Numbered from the stretch's first letter, positions 20,041 to 31,851 are shown. The stretch is DNA of 64,000 nt from an uncultured Planctomycetaceae bacterium (GCA_963815195.1 CAWFGE010000013.1:704001-768000), one strand, 5' to 3'. Made by a program: numbers and translations. Notes: generated by a model from the letters alone, not told the origin.

Positions 20041-20934
20041 TTATTTCCAACGGTAGTCGTTTTGTTTTTGAAAACCGGAAACGCGGATCGTCCCGTCGCC
20101 GGACATCTCCATCAGCGAGTAGCCGTTGTTCGCGAGGCCCGATCCCTCCACCATCGCCACCAGCACACAATAATGGATGCCTGCGATTTCTTTGTAGTCG
20201 TTTTTATGGCTGTGCCCTTGGAACACCGCCAGGACCTTGCCGGACTCTTCCAGGACCCGGCGGACGGCCTTCCCGTTTTTCACACCGTAATGATTGCTCA
20301 CGTCCAGCCGCTGATGGGCGAACACGACGGTCTTTCCCGCCGCGGCTTTCAGGTCGGCGCTGAGCCATTCCAGTTCCGCGTCCGGAATGTTGGCGTCGGT
20401 CCACTGGAAGTTCTTCCGGCCGTAGGCCGCACCGTCGCTGCGGAAGCAGGCATCCAACACCACAAAATGAAAGCCGCCGGCGTCAAACGAATAATACGAC
20501 TTCTTCTGCGAGACGCCTTCGAGAAACTCCGGCTTGGTGAGGTGAGACACGCAGTGGTTGCCGAGCACGTAGTGTTTCTTGCCCGGCAGTTTTTGGAGCT
20601 CGGCTTGAATCCGCTTGAGGTATGCTTTTTCGGCCTCGATCGAGTCCGCTGCATCGATGAAGTCGCCCAACTCCACGATAAAATCCGGCTCGTCTTGGGC
20701 AAACTCTTTCGCGGCTTCGCCCAGTTTGGCGAGCGTTTCCCGGTAATGCCTCGAACCGGCGGGCGGTTTGTCCGCGTAATGCAAATCGGTCACAAGCCCG
20801 GCCCGCAGCTTGGGCTTGGCATCGTCCGCAAAGGCGTTTGACGAACTCGCAAGTCCCGCGCCCAACAGGACCAGCGAACCATGTTTCAAAAACGCCCGGC
20901 GGCCCAGGGGAATCTGGGAAGTGGAAATCATCAT
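20041..20934 (-). CDS. Tat-exported calcineurin-like metallophosphoesterase
   Basis: RRAFLK Tat signal; DLH, GDFID, GNH, FAHQ and GHSH metal-binding motifs. Confidence 0.92.
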   Translation of the reverse strand: MMISTSQIPLGRRAFLKHGSLVLLGAGLASSSNAFADDAKPKLRAGLVTDLHYADKPPAGSRHYRETLAKLGEAAKEFAQDEPDFIVELGDFIDAADSIEAEKAYLKRIQAELQKLPGKKHYVLGNHCVSHLTKPEFLEGVSQKKSYYSFDAGGFHFVVLDACFRSDGAAYGRKNFQWTDANIPDAELEWLSADLKAAAGKTVVFAHQRLDVSNHYGVKNGKAVRRVLEESGKVLAVFQGHSHKNDYKEIAGIHYCVLVAMVEGSGLANNGYSLMEMSGDGTIRVSGFQKQNDYRWK

Positions 20935-21086
20935 CGATAAGTCCTCGCGGCAAAACGGTCATTGTAAACCGAAGACAACACGTCTCGAAAGACCATTTCG
21001 GGCCGGTCTTAAATTCTGGCTCAAACGGTCAGCTACACGTTCATTTTTCCGGCTCTCGGCACTCCGCTCCTGGCTCTCCGCTGAAA

Positions 21087-22400
21087 TCACGTCGCGATCA
21101 GCCGGGTCGAGCAGATTTCGCTGAGGGAGTTTTCATTGTCGATTTTTCGCACGTCCACGCCCTCGGCGATCAACCGGCCCGCGCGCTCGGCGTCGTCGAA
21201 TTCATCGGCGGTGGAGATCAAAAACGCGGTGACGGCGTAGCCGGTCCGCTTGAGGCCGCCCAATGTGATCGCGGTCTCGTCCGAGACATCCGACAACACG
21301 GCGGCCACCGTCGCATCGCGGGGCAGATGGCCGCTGACCTCGACAACCAGTTGTGCGAACGTCAACCCGTCGGTGAGTTCAACGCGGGCCAACGTTTCCA
21401 GAATCCGCGCAAACTGCTCGGCTCCACGATTATTGCGGACCTCCACCGGCCGGAGGCGATCGCTGGCATCGGACATGCCCAATGTCTGTTGTGCCGCGAT
21501 CCGAGTCCGAAAGTCATGTCGAAAACCTTCCTCGCGGATGCGGTCGGCGGCATCGCGGCCGTTGGTGAAAAACCCAATCTGCTGCCCCATCTGATACACC
21601 GTATGCGCAAGCGATGCGACCGCCGTCACCGCCAATTCCGAGCGGTGCGGCTCGCCGCGGGACGGGTATGTCTCGCGGTGAAAATCCAACATAAGCGTGA
21701 TCCCGGCGATCGTCGAAGGCTCGTAGGTTTTGCTGTGGAGTTCCCCAGTGCGGGCGGTGGCCCGCCAATGGATGCGGTTCAGAGGATCGCCGTTCTGATA
21801 AGCCCGCACGCCGGAGATCCGGGTCGGATCTTCGAACAGGCGGTGCGTCATGCGGACCTCGCCGATGGGCCGGCGGCTCGCGAGGTCATAACCTTCCAAC
21901 GCGACGACTTTGGGATAAACCAGCACATAGCGCGGCTCGGTCAAAATGCGATACCGGCGATGGAGGCCGAACAAGTCCCCGGTCTCCGCCAAGAGCGGGC
22001 CGATCTGATAGTAGCCGCGCATCAAAAACCGCACTTGATAGTTCAGCGTGTGCGCGCCGCCGGGCGCGAGATCTGTGATCGCCGCGCGTTTGTTTTTCAC
22101 GCTGATTCGCGGTGGCCGCTGCGCGAGGGCGTCGCGGGGCAAGGAATCCTCGAGCAGCACCCAGGTGATCGGCAGGTTGCTCGTGTTATGAAGTGTGACG
22201 ACCACCGCGACCGTATCGCCGATCTCCGCCGTGAGTCGATTGCACTCCCGGCGGGCGGAGAGGTTTTCGATCCAGTTGCGGGCGAAATACCGGCTGGCGA
22301 GCATCACGCCCAACAGCACGTACATCGCATAGACCAGAAGTTCCAATTGCAGAACCAGGCCCAACAGCAACAAAAAAATCGCCCCCGAATACCAACGCAT
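21087..22400 (-). CDS. DUF58 domain protein (membrane-anchored, MoxR-associated type)
   Basis: ATG 22400 then two TM helices; RGYYQIGP...GDLFG, VYPK, VRAYQNGDPLNRIHWRATAR. Confidence 0.9.
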   Translation of the reverse strand: MRWYSGAIFLLLLGLVLQLELLVYAMYVLLGVMLASRYFARNWIENLSARRECNRLTAEIGDTVAVVVTLHNTSNLPITWVLLEDSLPRDALAQRPPRISVKNKRAAITDLAPGGAHTLNYQVRFLMRGYYQIGPLLAETGDLFGLHRRYRILTEPRYVLVYPKVVALEGYDLASRRPIGEVRMTHRLFEDPTRISGVRAYQNGDPLNRIHWRATARTGELHSKTYEPSTIAGITLMLDFHRETYPSRGEPHRSELAVTAVASLAHTVYQMGQQIGFFTNGRDAADRIREEGFRHDFRTRIAAQQTLGMSDASDRLRPVEVRNNRGAEQFARILETLARVELTDGLTFAQLVVEVSGHLPRDATVAAVLSDVSDETAITLGGLKRTGYAVTAFLISTADEFDDAERAGRLIAEGVDVRKIDNENSLSEICSTRLIAT

Positions 22401-22627
22401 GAAAGCCGCTTTTGAATGAAACCGAACAACGAACGGGGAAACCACGAAGACACGAAGGACGCGGAGAATGCCGCGCTTCGCGACCAGGGGCGAATTTAAG
22501 TTTTGCGTGAAACCCGCCGGAATTCCAGGGCCAGCGTTGCGGTTCGCTTTCCGGTCGGTTAGATAAAGGAGTGGTTCGATCCATCGGTTCCGATCTTTTT
22601 GCCTCCTCGAGCCAAACGAAACGTCAC

Positions 22628-23548
22628 ATGTCTCGCTCCGACTGGAAACCGCGCCACGTGTTCTTTTCCTACCATTTGCCGGTGTTCTTCGCATGCGTCC
22701 TGATAGGGCAATGGGTCATGGCGCAGGACAACCCCGCGAACGTTCCCCGCACCACAGAATCCAAACTGAAGATGTCCGCTGCCGAGATCCTGAAAACGTT
22801 TCGGGACGAGTTCGTTCCGATCACGCCGGGAAAAGGCCAGTTTCCCAAGTCGTTCGAGATGGGTGCGGACGACTCAGCGAAAGCCGAGCGGCCGCGGCAT
22901 CGGGTCGAGTTCGATTCTGATTTTCAGTTCGCCAAATACGAGGTGCCGCAAAACCTCTACGAAACGGTGATGGGCAAGAATCCGAGCGTTTGGGGCGGCC
23001 CGCGAAACTCGGTGGAGATGGTCACCTTTCGCGACGCCCAGGCGTTTTGTGCGAAGGCCACCAAGATGCTTCGCGAAGCCGACTTGATCGAGAAGGACGA
23101 AATCGTTCGTCTCCCCAGCGAAGCCGAGTGGGAATACTGTTGCCGCGCCGGCACGACGACCGCTTACAGTTTTGGTGACAAAGCCCGGGCCGAGGGCGAT
23201 CAAGGCCTGAAGGCGGCGCTCTTGGACAAATACGGTTGGCACACGGGCAACGCGGCGGGGAACGATCCGCCGGTGGGAGCCCTCGCGCCGAATGCGTGGG
23301 GGCTTTACGACATGCACGGGTATCTGTGGGAATATGTCGCAGACGGCTGGCATCCCGATTACGAGAAAGCCCCCACGGGCGGCCGGAGTTGGGACCCGGA
23401 CAAGCGGGACGTGCCGCGGGTCATTCGGGGCGGCTCGTGGCGCGATCCCTACTCATTGTTAAAGTCCGCAACGCGGTGGTCGGTTCCGGATCACGTTCGC
23501 AGCGACGCCGTCGGCTTTCGCTGCGTGTTGGCGAAGGAATCCCCCTGA
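22628..23548 (+). CDS. FGE-sulfatase (SUMF1-fold) domain protein, secreted
   Basis: FEMG, YEVPQ, RLPSEAEWEYCCRAG, PNAWGLYDMHG.LWE, RVIRGGSW, GFRCV. Confidence 0.9.
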   Translation: MSRSDWKPRHVFFSYHLPVFFACVLIGQWVMAQDNPANVPRTTESKLKMSAAEILKTFRDEFVPITPGKGQFPKSFEMGADDSAKAERPRHRVEFDSDFQFAKYEVPQNLYETVMGKNPSVWGGPRNSVEMVTFRDAQAFCAKATKMLREADLIEKDEIVRLPSEAEWEYCCRAGTTTAYSFGDKARAEGDQGLKAALLDKYGWHTGNAAGNDPPVGALAPNAWGLYDMHGYLWEYVADGWHPDYEKAPTGGRSWDPDKRDVPRVIRGGSWRDPYSLLKSATRWSVPDHVRSDAVGFRCVLAKESP

Positions 23549-23703
23549 CGGCGGACGAAGAATCCTCGAGGTGTTTCCTGTTCAATTTTTCCCTGAACGA
23601 GTTTGCCCAATCTGTGGCGTTTTGCGCCGGAATCCGCTAACCTGCGTATGCGAAGATTTCGCAAGAACTGATGCGAGAAGAAGTTTGAGTTGAGGAATGG
23701 TTT

Positions 23704-25653
23704 GTGATGAGTTCGGACGAAGCTCTCGAAAGAGACAATGTGACGACGGAAACTGAAAACCCGGAAACGGAAACCGCGTCTTCCCCCGACACCCAACAGC
23801 CCGCGGCCGCGCCCGCCAACGGCGCAGCGGAGAAAGCCCCCACGGAGCCTGCCGCCGCCCAAGCGTTCGCACCGTCCCCACCGGACGAGCAGCCAGCGAG
23901 CGAGACCGCTTCGGATTCCATCCAAGCCCCGGCGGAGCCTGCGCAATCGCCCCCTGTTGAGGAAACTCAAACTGCCGCGGCTGCGCCCGTCCGAGGAATA
24001 TCCGGTCGCGGAAACGTCGCCCGCGCCGGAACCCGCGAGCGCGCTCCAGTCGGAACCCGTTTCGGGAACGGAATCTTCCGCCGGCAGCGTTCCCACATCC
24101 CACGAAGGGACGGAGTCCCGTCCTCGTCCGCAGCTCAATCCCACGGTCGATCCGAACGTCGCCAGGCCGGTCCCGAGTTTAGATACGTCGCCGACCCCGC
24201 CGCCGGCCGTCAACCCGCCGAGCGAACAAGCGGAATCCGCAGAAGAGCCCCAAGCGCCCGAACCGCCGGAAGCCGAAGCCCCCGCGCCGCCGCCCGCGGC
24301 TCAAACTCGGGCCCCGCGGTCACCGGCGGAGATTCCCAAGGCCGAAGACCTGGATGCCGACCTGGAAGCGCAAATCGCCTCCGCCCTCGCCAGCGACCAG
24401 GCGGCGGGCACTCAGCCCGCGCCGCGCCGGCTCCGGAATCCGCCGAGGAAACGGCCGAGGGAACCGAAGCGCCCGCAAAACCCGCTGCCCCCACCAGCGA
24501 AGAGGAACTCGAACCCGGCCATCGCCTGCAAGGCAAGGTGCAGTCCATCTCCGGCGATGATGTGTTTTTCGACGTCGGGTTTCGCTCGCCGGCGGTGGTC
24601 TCGCTTCGCCAGTTCGATCCCGCCCGCCCGCTCGAAGTCGGGCAGCAGCTCACAATCGTGGTGGAAAAAGTCAACCCGGAAGAAGGCCTGATCCAGGCCA
24701 ACCTGCCGCGGGCCAAGCGGAAAATCCAAGGCAACTGGGACGCCGTCGAAGCCGGGCAGGTCGTGGACTGCATGGTCACGAAGACCAACAAAGGCGGACT
24801 GGAAATCACCGTCAGCAACATTCGCGGCTTTCTCCCGGCCAGCCAGGTCGATCTGCATTACGTTCCCGACTTGGAAAAATACGTCGGCGAAAAGCTGACA
24901 GTCAAAATCACCGAAGCCAACCGCGCCAAACGGAACTTGATCGTCAGCCGCCGGGCCTATCTCAAGGAAGAGCGCGACGTCCAGGCCCAGGAAGTCTGGA
25001 CCGTGCTCGAAGTCGGCCAGGAGAAAAAAGGCGTCGTGAAGACGATCAAAGACTACGGGGCCTTTGTGGACATAGGCGGCGTGGACGGGTTTCTGCACAT
25101 CGGCGAAATCAGTTGGACGCGAATCCGCCATCCTTCCGACGTGATCTCCGAAGGACAGGAAATCGACGTGCAAATCGTCTCGCTCGACCAGGACCGCAAA
25201 CGCATCGGCCTGGGCATGCGGCAGCTCGTCCAAAACCCCTGGGATACTGCAACCCAAAGGTACGCCCAAGGGACCGCCGTCACCGGCCGCGTCACCCGCA
25301 CCACCGACTTCGGGGCCTTTGTCGAACTGGAGCCCGGCGTCGAAGGGCTGATTCACATCAGCGAACTCGACTACCGCCGGGTCAACAAAGTCACCGACGT
25401 CTTAAACGTCGGCGACGAAATGGAACTCCAGGTGCTCGATCTCGACCTGGGCCGCAAACGCATCAGCCTGTCGCTCAAGGCGCTCAAAGAGAAGCCGCCC
25501 AAATTCGACAAAAAGCCCGAAAAGAAATCGGACGAGGATCTCGCCCCCAGCGACGGCGAAGCCTACGCCCGCAAACGCAAAGGCCCCCTCAAAGGCGGCA
25601 CCGGCGGCTCCGCCGGCGGCGGCCTGTTCGGCAACCCGGGCGATTTTTCGTAA
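23704..25653 (+). CDS. Ribosomal protein S1-like RNA-binding protein (four S1 domains) with long Pro/Glu-rich N-terminus; two compensating frame switches (~23990, ~24420)
   Basis: NKGGLEI...[56 protein letters not shown]; the acidic N-terminal region continues in the alternative frame (ORF 23957). Confidence 0.85.
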   Translation: MMSSDEALERDNVTTETENPETETASSPDTQQPAAAPANGAAEKAPTEPAAAQAFAPSPPDEQPASETASDSIQAPAEPAQSPPVEETQTAAAAPVRGISGRGNVARAGTRERAPVGTRFGNGIFRRQRSHIPRRDGVPSSSAAQSHGRSERRQAGPEFRYVADPAAGRQPAERTSGIRRRAPSARTAGSRSPRAAARGSNSGPAVTGGDSQGRRPGCRPGSANRLRPRQRPGGGHSARAAPAPESAEETAEGTEAPAKPAAPTSEEELEPGHRLQGKVQSISGDDVFFDVGFRSPAVVSLRQFDPARPLEVGQQLTIVVEKVNPEEGLIQANLPRAKRKIQGNWDAVEAGQVVDCMVTKTNKGGLEITVSNIRGFLPASQVDLHYVPDLEKYVGEKLTVKITEANRAKRNLIVSRRAYLKEERDVQAQEVWTVLEVGQEKKGVVKTIKDYGAFVDIGGVDGFLHIGEISWTRIRHPSDVISEGQEIDVQIVSLDQDRKRIGLGMRQLVQNPWDTATQRYAQGTAVTGRVTRTTDFGAFVELEPGVEGLIHISELDYRRVNKVTDVLNVGDEMELQVLDLDLGRKRISLSLKALKEKPPKFDKKPEKKSDEDLAPSDGEAYARKRKGPLKGGTGGSAGGGLFGNPGDFS

Positions 25654-25682
25654 GGCCGCTTTCCCGCGACGAAAAGACGAGA

Positions 25683-25787
25683 AAGAGCCGCGCCACGAAG
25701 TAAAAGAGCCGCGCACGAAGTAAGCGGAAGGCGACGAAAAGCGGAAGGCGATGAACAGGAACACCGCTTACTTCGTGCGCGGCTCTT
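25683..25787. repeat. REP-like cluster, family A (partial duplicate arm plus inverted doublet)
   Basis: AAGAGCCGCGCCACGAAGTAA-AAGAGCCGCGCACGAAGTAAGCGG...CCGCTTACTTCGTGCGCGGCTCTT between convergent genes. Confidence 0.9.
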
Positions 25788-27440
25788 CAGAAAGTTTCTC
25801 CGCGGCCCAGACCGCGAGGTGTTCGCGGTTGATTTTGAAATTGTGCCGGACATCCACCGGCAGCGCGGGGTGAAAGAGAAACTCCTCGATCCCCGCCGTG
25901 AAGGACTGAGCCGCCCCGAGGTGCGCGAGTTCCTTCACGAAGACTCGCTCGTCCGCGGAACCGGACTTCGGCAAGTGGCCGGGTTCCGGTTCGACGATCA
26001 TCACCGGCCGCTGGTTCGGTTTTTCGCCGATGCCCACCAACGCCGAGCGAAACACGCGGGGATGCTCGTTGAAAATCGCCTCAGAGCATACGCTAAACCG
26101 CCGGCCGGCCGCGGTGTCCACGACGTGCGACTTCCGGCCGCAGAACCACAATCGCCCGCGGTCGTCGAGATAACCCACGTCGCCCATCCGATGCCAGAAA
26201 TTCTCGCCCTCGGGAATTTTCGCCAGCCTCGTCGCCTCGGGTCGCCGAAAGTATTCCCGCGTAGTCGAAGGCGATTGCACGATGATCTCCCCCACTTCGC
26301 CCGCCGGGAGTTCCGTCACGTCCGACAGCGATTCGATCGGCCCGTCGGTGATTTCGATGATCTGCACCGACACCTGCGGAAAGACATGCCCCACGCAGGT
26401 GCCGGCTCCTCGGCGTGACATCGCGGCCGTTTCCGCGAGGATCTCCCGGCTGGAAAAACTGGCGACCGGCAGCGATTCGGTGGCTCCATAGGGCGTGTGC
26501 ATGTTGGCTTCGGGATGCGAGAGCGCGGCCGACATTCGCTTCAAAACCGACACCGGCACCGGTGCCCCGGCGGAGAGCACGCGTTTGAGCGTGCCCGGCA
26601 GCTTGAGGTTTTCCCGCTCGCAGTATCGGCCGACGCGGTCCCAGATCGCGGGCGAGCCGAAGGCCTGCGTGGCGTGCCGGTCGCGAAGGGCCTCCAGGAT
26701 TTTTCGCGGATCGACTTTCGCGGGGCGGGTGGGATCCATGTCGGGGATCACCGTGGTCACCGCCATCGCCGCGTTGAATAGTGCAAACAGCGGAAACCCT
26801 GACAGATCGATTTCGCCGGGCTGGATGTCATAAAACTCCCTGAGCAATTCGACTTGGGCATTGAACATGCCGTGCTCGTAGAGGACGCCTTTCGCGGGGC
26901 CGGTGCTGCCGCTGGTGAAGATAATCGCCGCGGGGTCTTCGGGCTTTGTTTGCGGGATGTCAAATGGCGTCCAGCCTTCGCCCAAAAGTTTTCGGTAGGT
27001 CATCGGCGTGCGGGACCAGTTCGTTCCCACCGAGACATTGAAGCGGGCGTTCGGAAAGCGTGTTTGGTTCCACCAGCGCAGAGCCTGCACCGCCGGCACC
27101 GCCACGAAGCCTTCGGGGTCCACTTCCTCGAGGCAGCGAAACACATTCCTCGGACCCATGCCGGGATCGATCAGCACGATCACCGCCCCGGTTTTGAAGA
27201 GGGCGAACGTGAGCGAGATAAACTCCAAGCTCGGCCGGACCATGAGCACGATCCGCGTCCCCGGCCGGGCGCCCGATTTTCTTTAGACCCGCGCAGCCGG
27301 TCGCTTTCCCGTTCGAGTTCCGCGAACGTCAATGTCGTATACTGCACCCGCCCATCTCGGCCTCGCTTCGCCGGGAACACCACGGCCGTTTGATCGGGAA
27401 CATGGCGAGCGGTCTCCCGCAACCGGGCGGCGATATTCAT
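25768..27440 (-). CDS. oleC: OleC-like AMP-dependent ligase (olefin beta-lactone synthetase family); frameshift near 27270-27300
   Basis: MNIAARL...[69 protein letters not shown]. Confidence 0.8.
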
Positions 27441-27675
27441 GGCGAGTTTCAAGTTTCAGGTTTCAAGTTGAGATTCGACCGGCAAGCCGGCACGGATTTT
27501 GAAGGCAGATGACATGGAAGTCAACATGCGGATCAAGAGGTTTCATGCCGTTCGAAACAAATTGCGCTGTGCGCTCGATTTTGTTCCGGCAGAATGGCGG
27601 TGGGCAGGAAGGCAATCCGTCTTCGGGAGGTCTGCCGTTTTTGGGAAATCCGGATTCTTTTTGTTGGAGGTCGCG

Positions 27676-28567
27676 ATGATTTCGAACCGCCCTCGTTCTG
27701 ACGCTGCTCGCGGGAATGCAACAACTGGCCGTTGGCCAAGACCAAAAGTCCCAGGCCCAGGAGGTCTTGCGGGAACTCCAAGCTGTGGAGGTGGCGGAAC
27801 CCGCCGTGGCCGCTCCCGTCAGGCTCTATATCTATCGTCCCAAGTACGTGCCCGCCACGGAGACTCAGACCCTGGTGCAGGGGCTGATGGGAAAAGGGGC
27901 CGCGATCGTGGCCGACCCCGTCGGCAACCGTCTGCTGATTCGAGGCTCCGACGCCCAGCTCAAGGAAATCCAGGCGGTCCTGGAAACCTTGGACCAACCG
28001 CCGAAGATGGTCGCTTTCGAAATCCTGTTCGCCGACGTGTCGGTCGAGGTCAAGGAGAAAAAAACCTGGACAACGATCGATGAAGAATGGCTTGCAGAGA
28101 TCGAGACCGTCGCGGCCAAACGCAAAGGCGGCTTCAGCAAAGTCCGGCTGACGGCCCTCGACAATCAAGCCACGATGGTGCAATACGGCGAGGAAACGCC
28201 GATCGTCACCGGCGTTCAAGCCTTTCCCAGTCGCGGCGGCAGCTCGCGGACCCCGATCCTGCAGCGGAAACAGACCGGAACGATCGTGCAGTGCACCGCC
28301 CGCATCCTGGAAGACGACACGATCATCGCGGCGTTCGAAATCGAACGCTCCCGGCTTTCGTCCAAGGAGGAAGCCGTCGCCTTGGAGGAAGGCGTCGAAA
28401 AAGACGCCCTCCGCACGCCGGCGCAGCTCACGACAACCTGCAAAACGACCCTCAAGTTAAAACCCGGCCGCCCCGTCGTGGTCAGCGGCCTCAAAACCGA
28501 AGGCCCGGACACCGGCACCAAAAATGTCATCATCGTCACCGCGGAACTCCTCCCGGCTGTCCCGTGA
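27676..28567 (+). CDS. Compact secretin-like protein (one NolW-like N-domain plus shortened secretin C-domain); frameshift just after the start
   Basis: GGAGG RBS and ATG 27676, signal peptide RTALVLTLLAG; IVADPVGNRLLIRGS...LETLDQPPKMVAFE, LTALDNQATMVQYGEETPI, TGTIVQCTARI, TTLKLKPGRPVVVSGL. Confidence 0.7.
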
Positions 28568-28672
28568 TTTCAAATCCGAAATCCGGGTGATTTGGCGCAG
28601 CATGGCTCAAGGGATTAGGATGTGTTGATTCATTGTCAACCATTCGTTTGTCCAAATGCGCAGGAGATAAAG

Positions 28673-31600
28673 ATGCGATTGGGGTTTGCTTTGCGGAATG
28701 GAGTGAGTCTCGGGTTGATCCTCGCGGCGTCTGTTTTGGGGCGGGCGGAAGAACCGGCGTACAAGCCCGGCCTCGAAAACCAGCCGATCTTCACAAAGGA
28801 CCTGGATGTCCGCATCCCCGCCATCTCGGCGGATGCCGATGTCAACATCGATTACGACATCGTCTATGTCCGCGCCCCACGCGAAGGCGACAAAATTCAT
28901 AAGCGGTTTTACACCGACTTCTCGCAACCGGTGACAATGGAACCCGGTGCCGACCTGATGCTGCTCCACCCCGACGGCGGCGAGGAGCTCCTGGTCGCGG
29001 GTGGCAACGGCTCGATCACTGACCCAGTCGTCTCCTTCGACGGGGAATGGGTTTACTATGTGCACATCTACAACCTGCAAAACCGCAGCCAATGGAATCC
29101 GCCGGCCGAGGGAGCGGACATCTTCAAAATCCACCTGAAGACCCGCAAAATCGTGCGGCTGACCAATCAGCAATATACCCCCAACACCGGGGCCGCGGAT
29201 TGGTCGAAGGACTTTCGCCCGGCGAACGGGAAGGACGGGATCTCCTACGGCGTCTATAACATGGGGCCTTATCCTCTCCCCGGCGGGCGGATCGTGTTCA
29301 GCAGCAACCGCGACGGCTTCACGCCGACCAAAGGCTATCCCGCGATGGCCTTGCAGTTGTTCGTGATGGACGATGCCGACGAAAGCATCGATCCCGACGA
29401 ATTGATGCCCGGCAACATCGAGAAAATCGGCCACTTGAACCTGGCGGGGCGCTGCATCCGGTGACGCTCTCCGATGGGCGGATCATGTTCAGCACGCTCG
29501 AGTCGCAGGGCATCCGCAGCAGCATTTCTTGGGGAATTTGGACGATCAAGCCCGACGGCACGGGCTGGAACCCTTTGGTCAGCGCGTACGATCCCGGCGG
29601 AGCCTCCAACGGGTTCCACTTTGAAACGCAGTTGTCCGATGGCTCGATCGTCGTCGAGGAATATTACAACCAGAACAACAGCGGATTCGGGGCTTATATC
29701 AAACTCCCGCAAAACCCGCCGGAGGGCATGGCCGCATTCGGCCCAGGCTTTATGAACAGCGACCGCAATCCGCCCTGGCGGTTTGGTCGGCATTACAACG
29801 CCAAGGGGCAATACTATCGCATGCCGTTTATGCCCACGGGTTCGGTGTCGCTCACGCCGTTTACGCTCAACCGCGAAGGACCGGCGGGCCCTTCGGTGCT
29901 CAAGGACAAAGACTCCCCCAAAGTCGGCAAGTTCACGCATCCGTCCGGTGGCGCCGGACAACCACATGTTGACAATCTATTCCCCCGGCCCGGCCAATCA
30001 TCAATATACCTTCCTCCCGCAGATCGACGGCGGGATCTATCTCTTAAAGAACGGCGAGGTCGTCACCGAGCCGGCTCAGCTTCGGCTGATTAAGAACGAT
30101 CCCGATTACAACGAATCCTGGCCGCGGGCCGTCGTGCCTTACGAGCGGATTTACGGAATGAAGGAACCTAAGAAACTCGCCGCGCTCAAAAACGACGGAT
30201 CGCTTTCGAAGCATTTGCCCGAAGGCACGCCGTTCGGTCTGATCGGCACGTCCAGCCTTTACAAGCGGGAGAGTTATCCGAATGGCGATGTCTTGAACGG
30301 CACAGTGACGGCGGCCTATCCCGGCGGGAAGGATCCCTGGAAAGGTTTGGACGCCTTCACCAGCCACGGCAACGGCATGCCGCTCAATTGGCACAACCAG
30401 GGCGGCGATGCGGGCCTCTATGAAAACAAAGACATCCATGCCGTGCGGATTTTGGCAATGGAACCCACCACCGACCGCCGGAACGGTCCCCACTCCGGGC
30501 GGAAGTTTTACAGCCACGCCCACGAACGGCTCCGCATCCTGGGCGAGATCCCCGTGCGGAAGTTCGGTCCCGCTGGCGAACCGGCCGATCCCGACGGCAA
30601 CCCGGACACCAGCTTTCTCGCCCGCATTCCCGCGGACACCGGGTTCACGTTTCAGACGCTCGATAAAGACGGCCTGGTGCTCAACATGGCCCAGACCTGG
30701 CATCAACTCCGCCCGGGCGAAGTTCGCTACGACTGCGGCGGCTGCCATGCCCACAGCCAACAGCCGACCGACTTCCATCAAACCCTCGCCGCCAAGGACG
30801 ATTACCAGATCTGGGACCTCGCGAACGGCACGCCGCTGGTCACCGAAAAGTCGCGGGACGAGTCCAAGCAGAAATGGGACGCGAAAAACGAGGCGGGCCT
30901 CAGGACCATCAAGGACAATGTGGTCTCGGTGGAGTATCACCGCGACATCCGGCCCATTTTGGAGCGAAGCTGCATCGCCTGCCACACCGCGAGCAACGGC
31001 AAACAACCCGCCAGCGAGTTCGACCTCGACGCCGACGAGGAATTGGTCCAATACAAAAGCGAAGGCAAATTCCCCGGCACCTATTACCGGTTGGCTTTGG
31101 ATAACGAAGCCAAGTTCGGCTATAAGCCCATCGGCTATCCGAGTTGGGGCTATCCCAATGCCTCGCGGACCGTGCGGATGCTGCAATCCCGCCGGAGTCT
31201 GTTGATGTGGAAAGTCCACGGCCGGCGGCTGGATGGATTTTCCAACGACGATCATCCCTCGGAGCCCAAACCGGGTGCGGGTTACTTCACCCATCACGGC
31301 GAGCGAGTGGACACCGACAAGACCCGCGCGAAATACGACCTGGACTACCTGGGCAGCAAAATGCCGCCGCCCGCCGCGGTCAAAGCCGGGAAGGTGAAGC
31401 CCCTCAGCGATGAAGACCTGAGGACCTTGGCCCGCTGGATCGATCTGGGCTGCCCGATCGATCTGGATTTCGATCCCGACCATCCCGAACAGCGAGGTTA
31501 CGGTTGGATGCTGGATGACAACCGCCCCGTGCTGACACTCACCGAACCACAGCCCGGCCGAAATGAAAAGCTCTCGCGGATCCTCATCGGCGGTTATGAT

Positions 31601-31831
31601 TACTACACGGGACTCGATCCCAGTTCTCTCACGGTCACCGCGGACTTCCCGATCGACGGCGCCGAGCCGGGCACGAATCTCGCCGACCGGCTCAAGCCCC
31701 AATCGCAAGGCGTCTGGGAATACCGGCTCCAACAACCGCCCAAGCATCTCGAAGCCGGCACCTTGACCGTCACGATCAAAGACAACCAAGGCAACATCAG
31801 CCGCATCACGCGGCGGTTCCAGGTGCAGTAA
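28673..31831 (+). CDS. Large secreted hydrazine synthase alpha (HzsA)-like protein with TolB-like propeller and two c-type heme motifs; frameshifts ~29450 and ~29950
   Basis: AGGAG RBS, signal peptide; DPVVSFDGEWVYY and LPGGRIVFSSNR propeller blades; SFLARIPADTGFTFQTLD...LRPGE..CGGCH; second CIACH; LARWIDLG. Confidence 0.78.
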
Positions 31832-31851
31832 GAGCGTTAGTCGAGATGACA

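Noticed and set aside
22628..23548. True formylglycine-generating enzyme maturing the sulfatases
   Set aside because: It lacks the catalytic Cys pair after RGGS (reads RGGSWRDPYSLLKS), so it has the fold only.
22628..23548. Diversity-generating retroelement target (FGE/C-type lectin fold)
   Set aside because: No reverse transcriptase gene and no second copy of the 3' region (template repeat) were seen in the window.
28673..31831. Evidence for anammox metabolism
   Set aside because: No hzsB/hzsC or hao-like neighbours are present, and the gene content is that of a heterotrophic glycan degrader.
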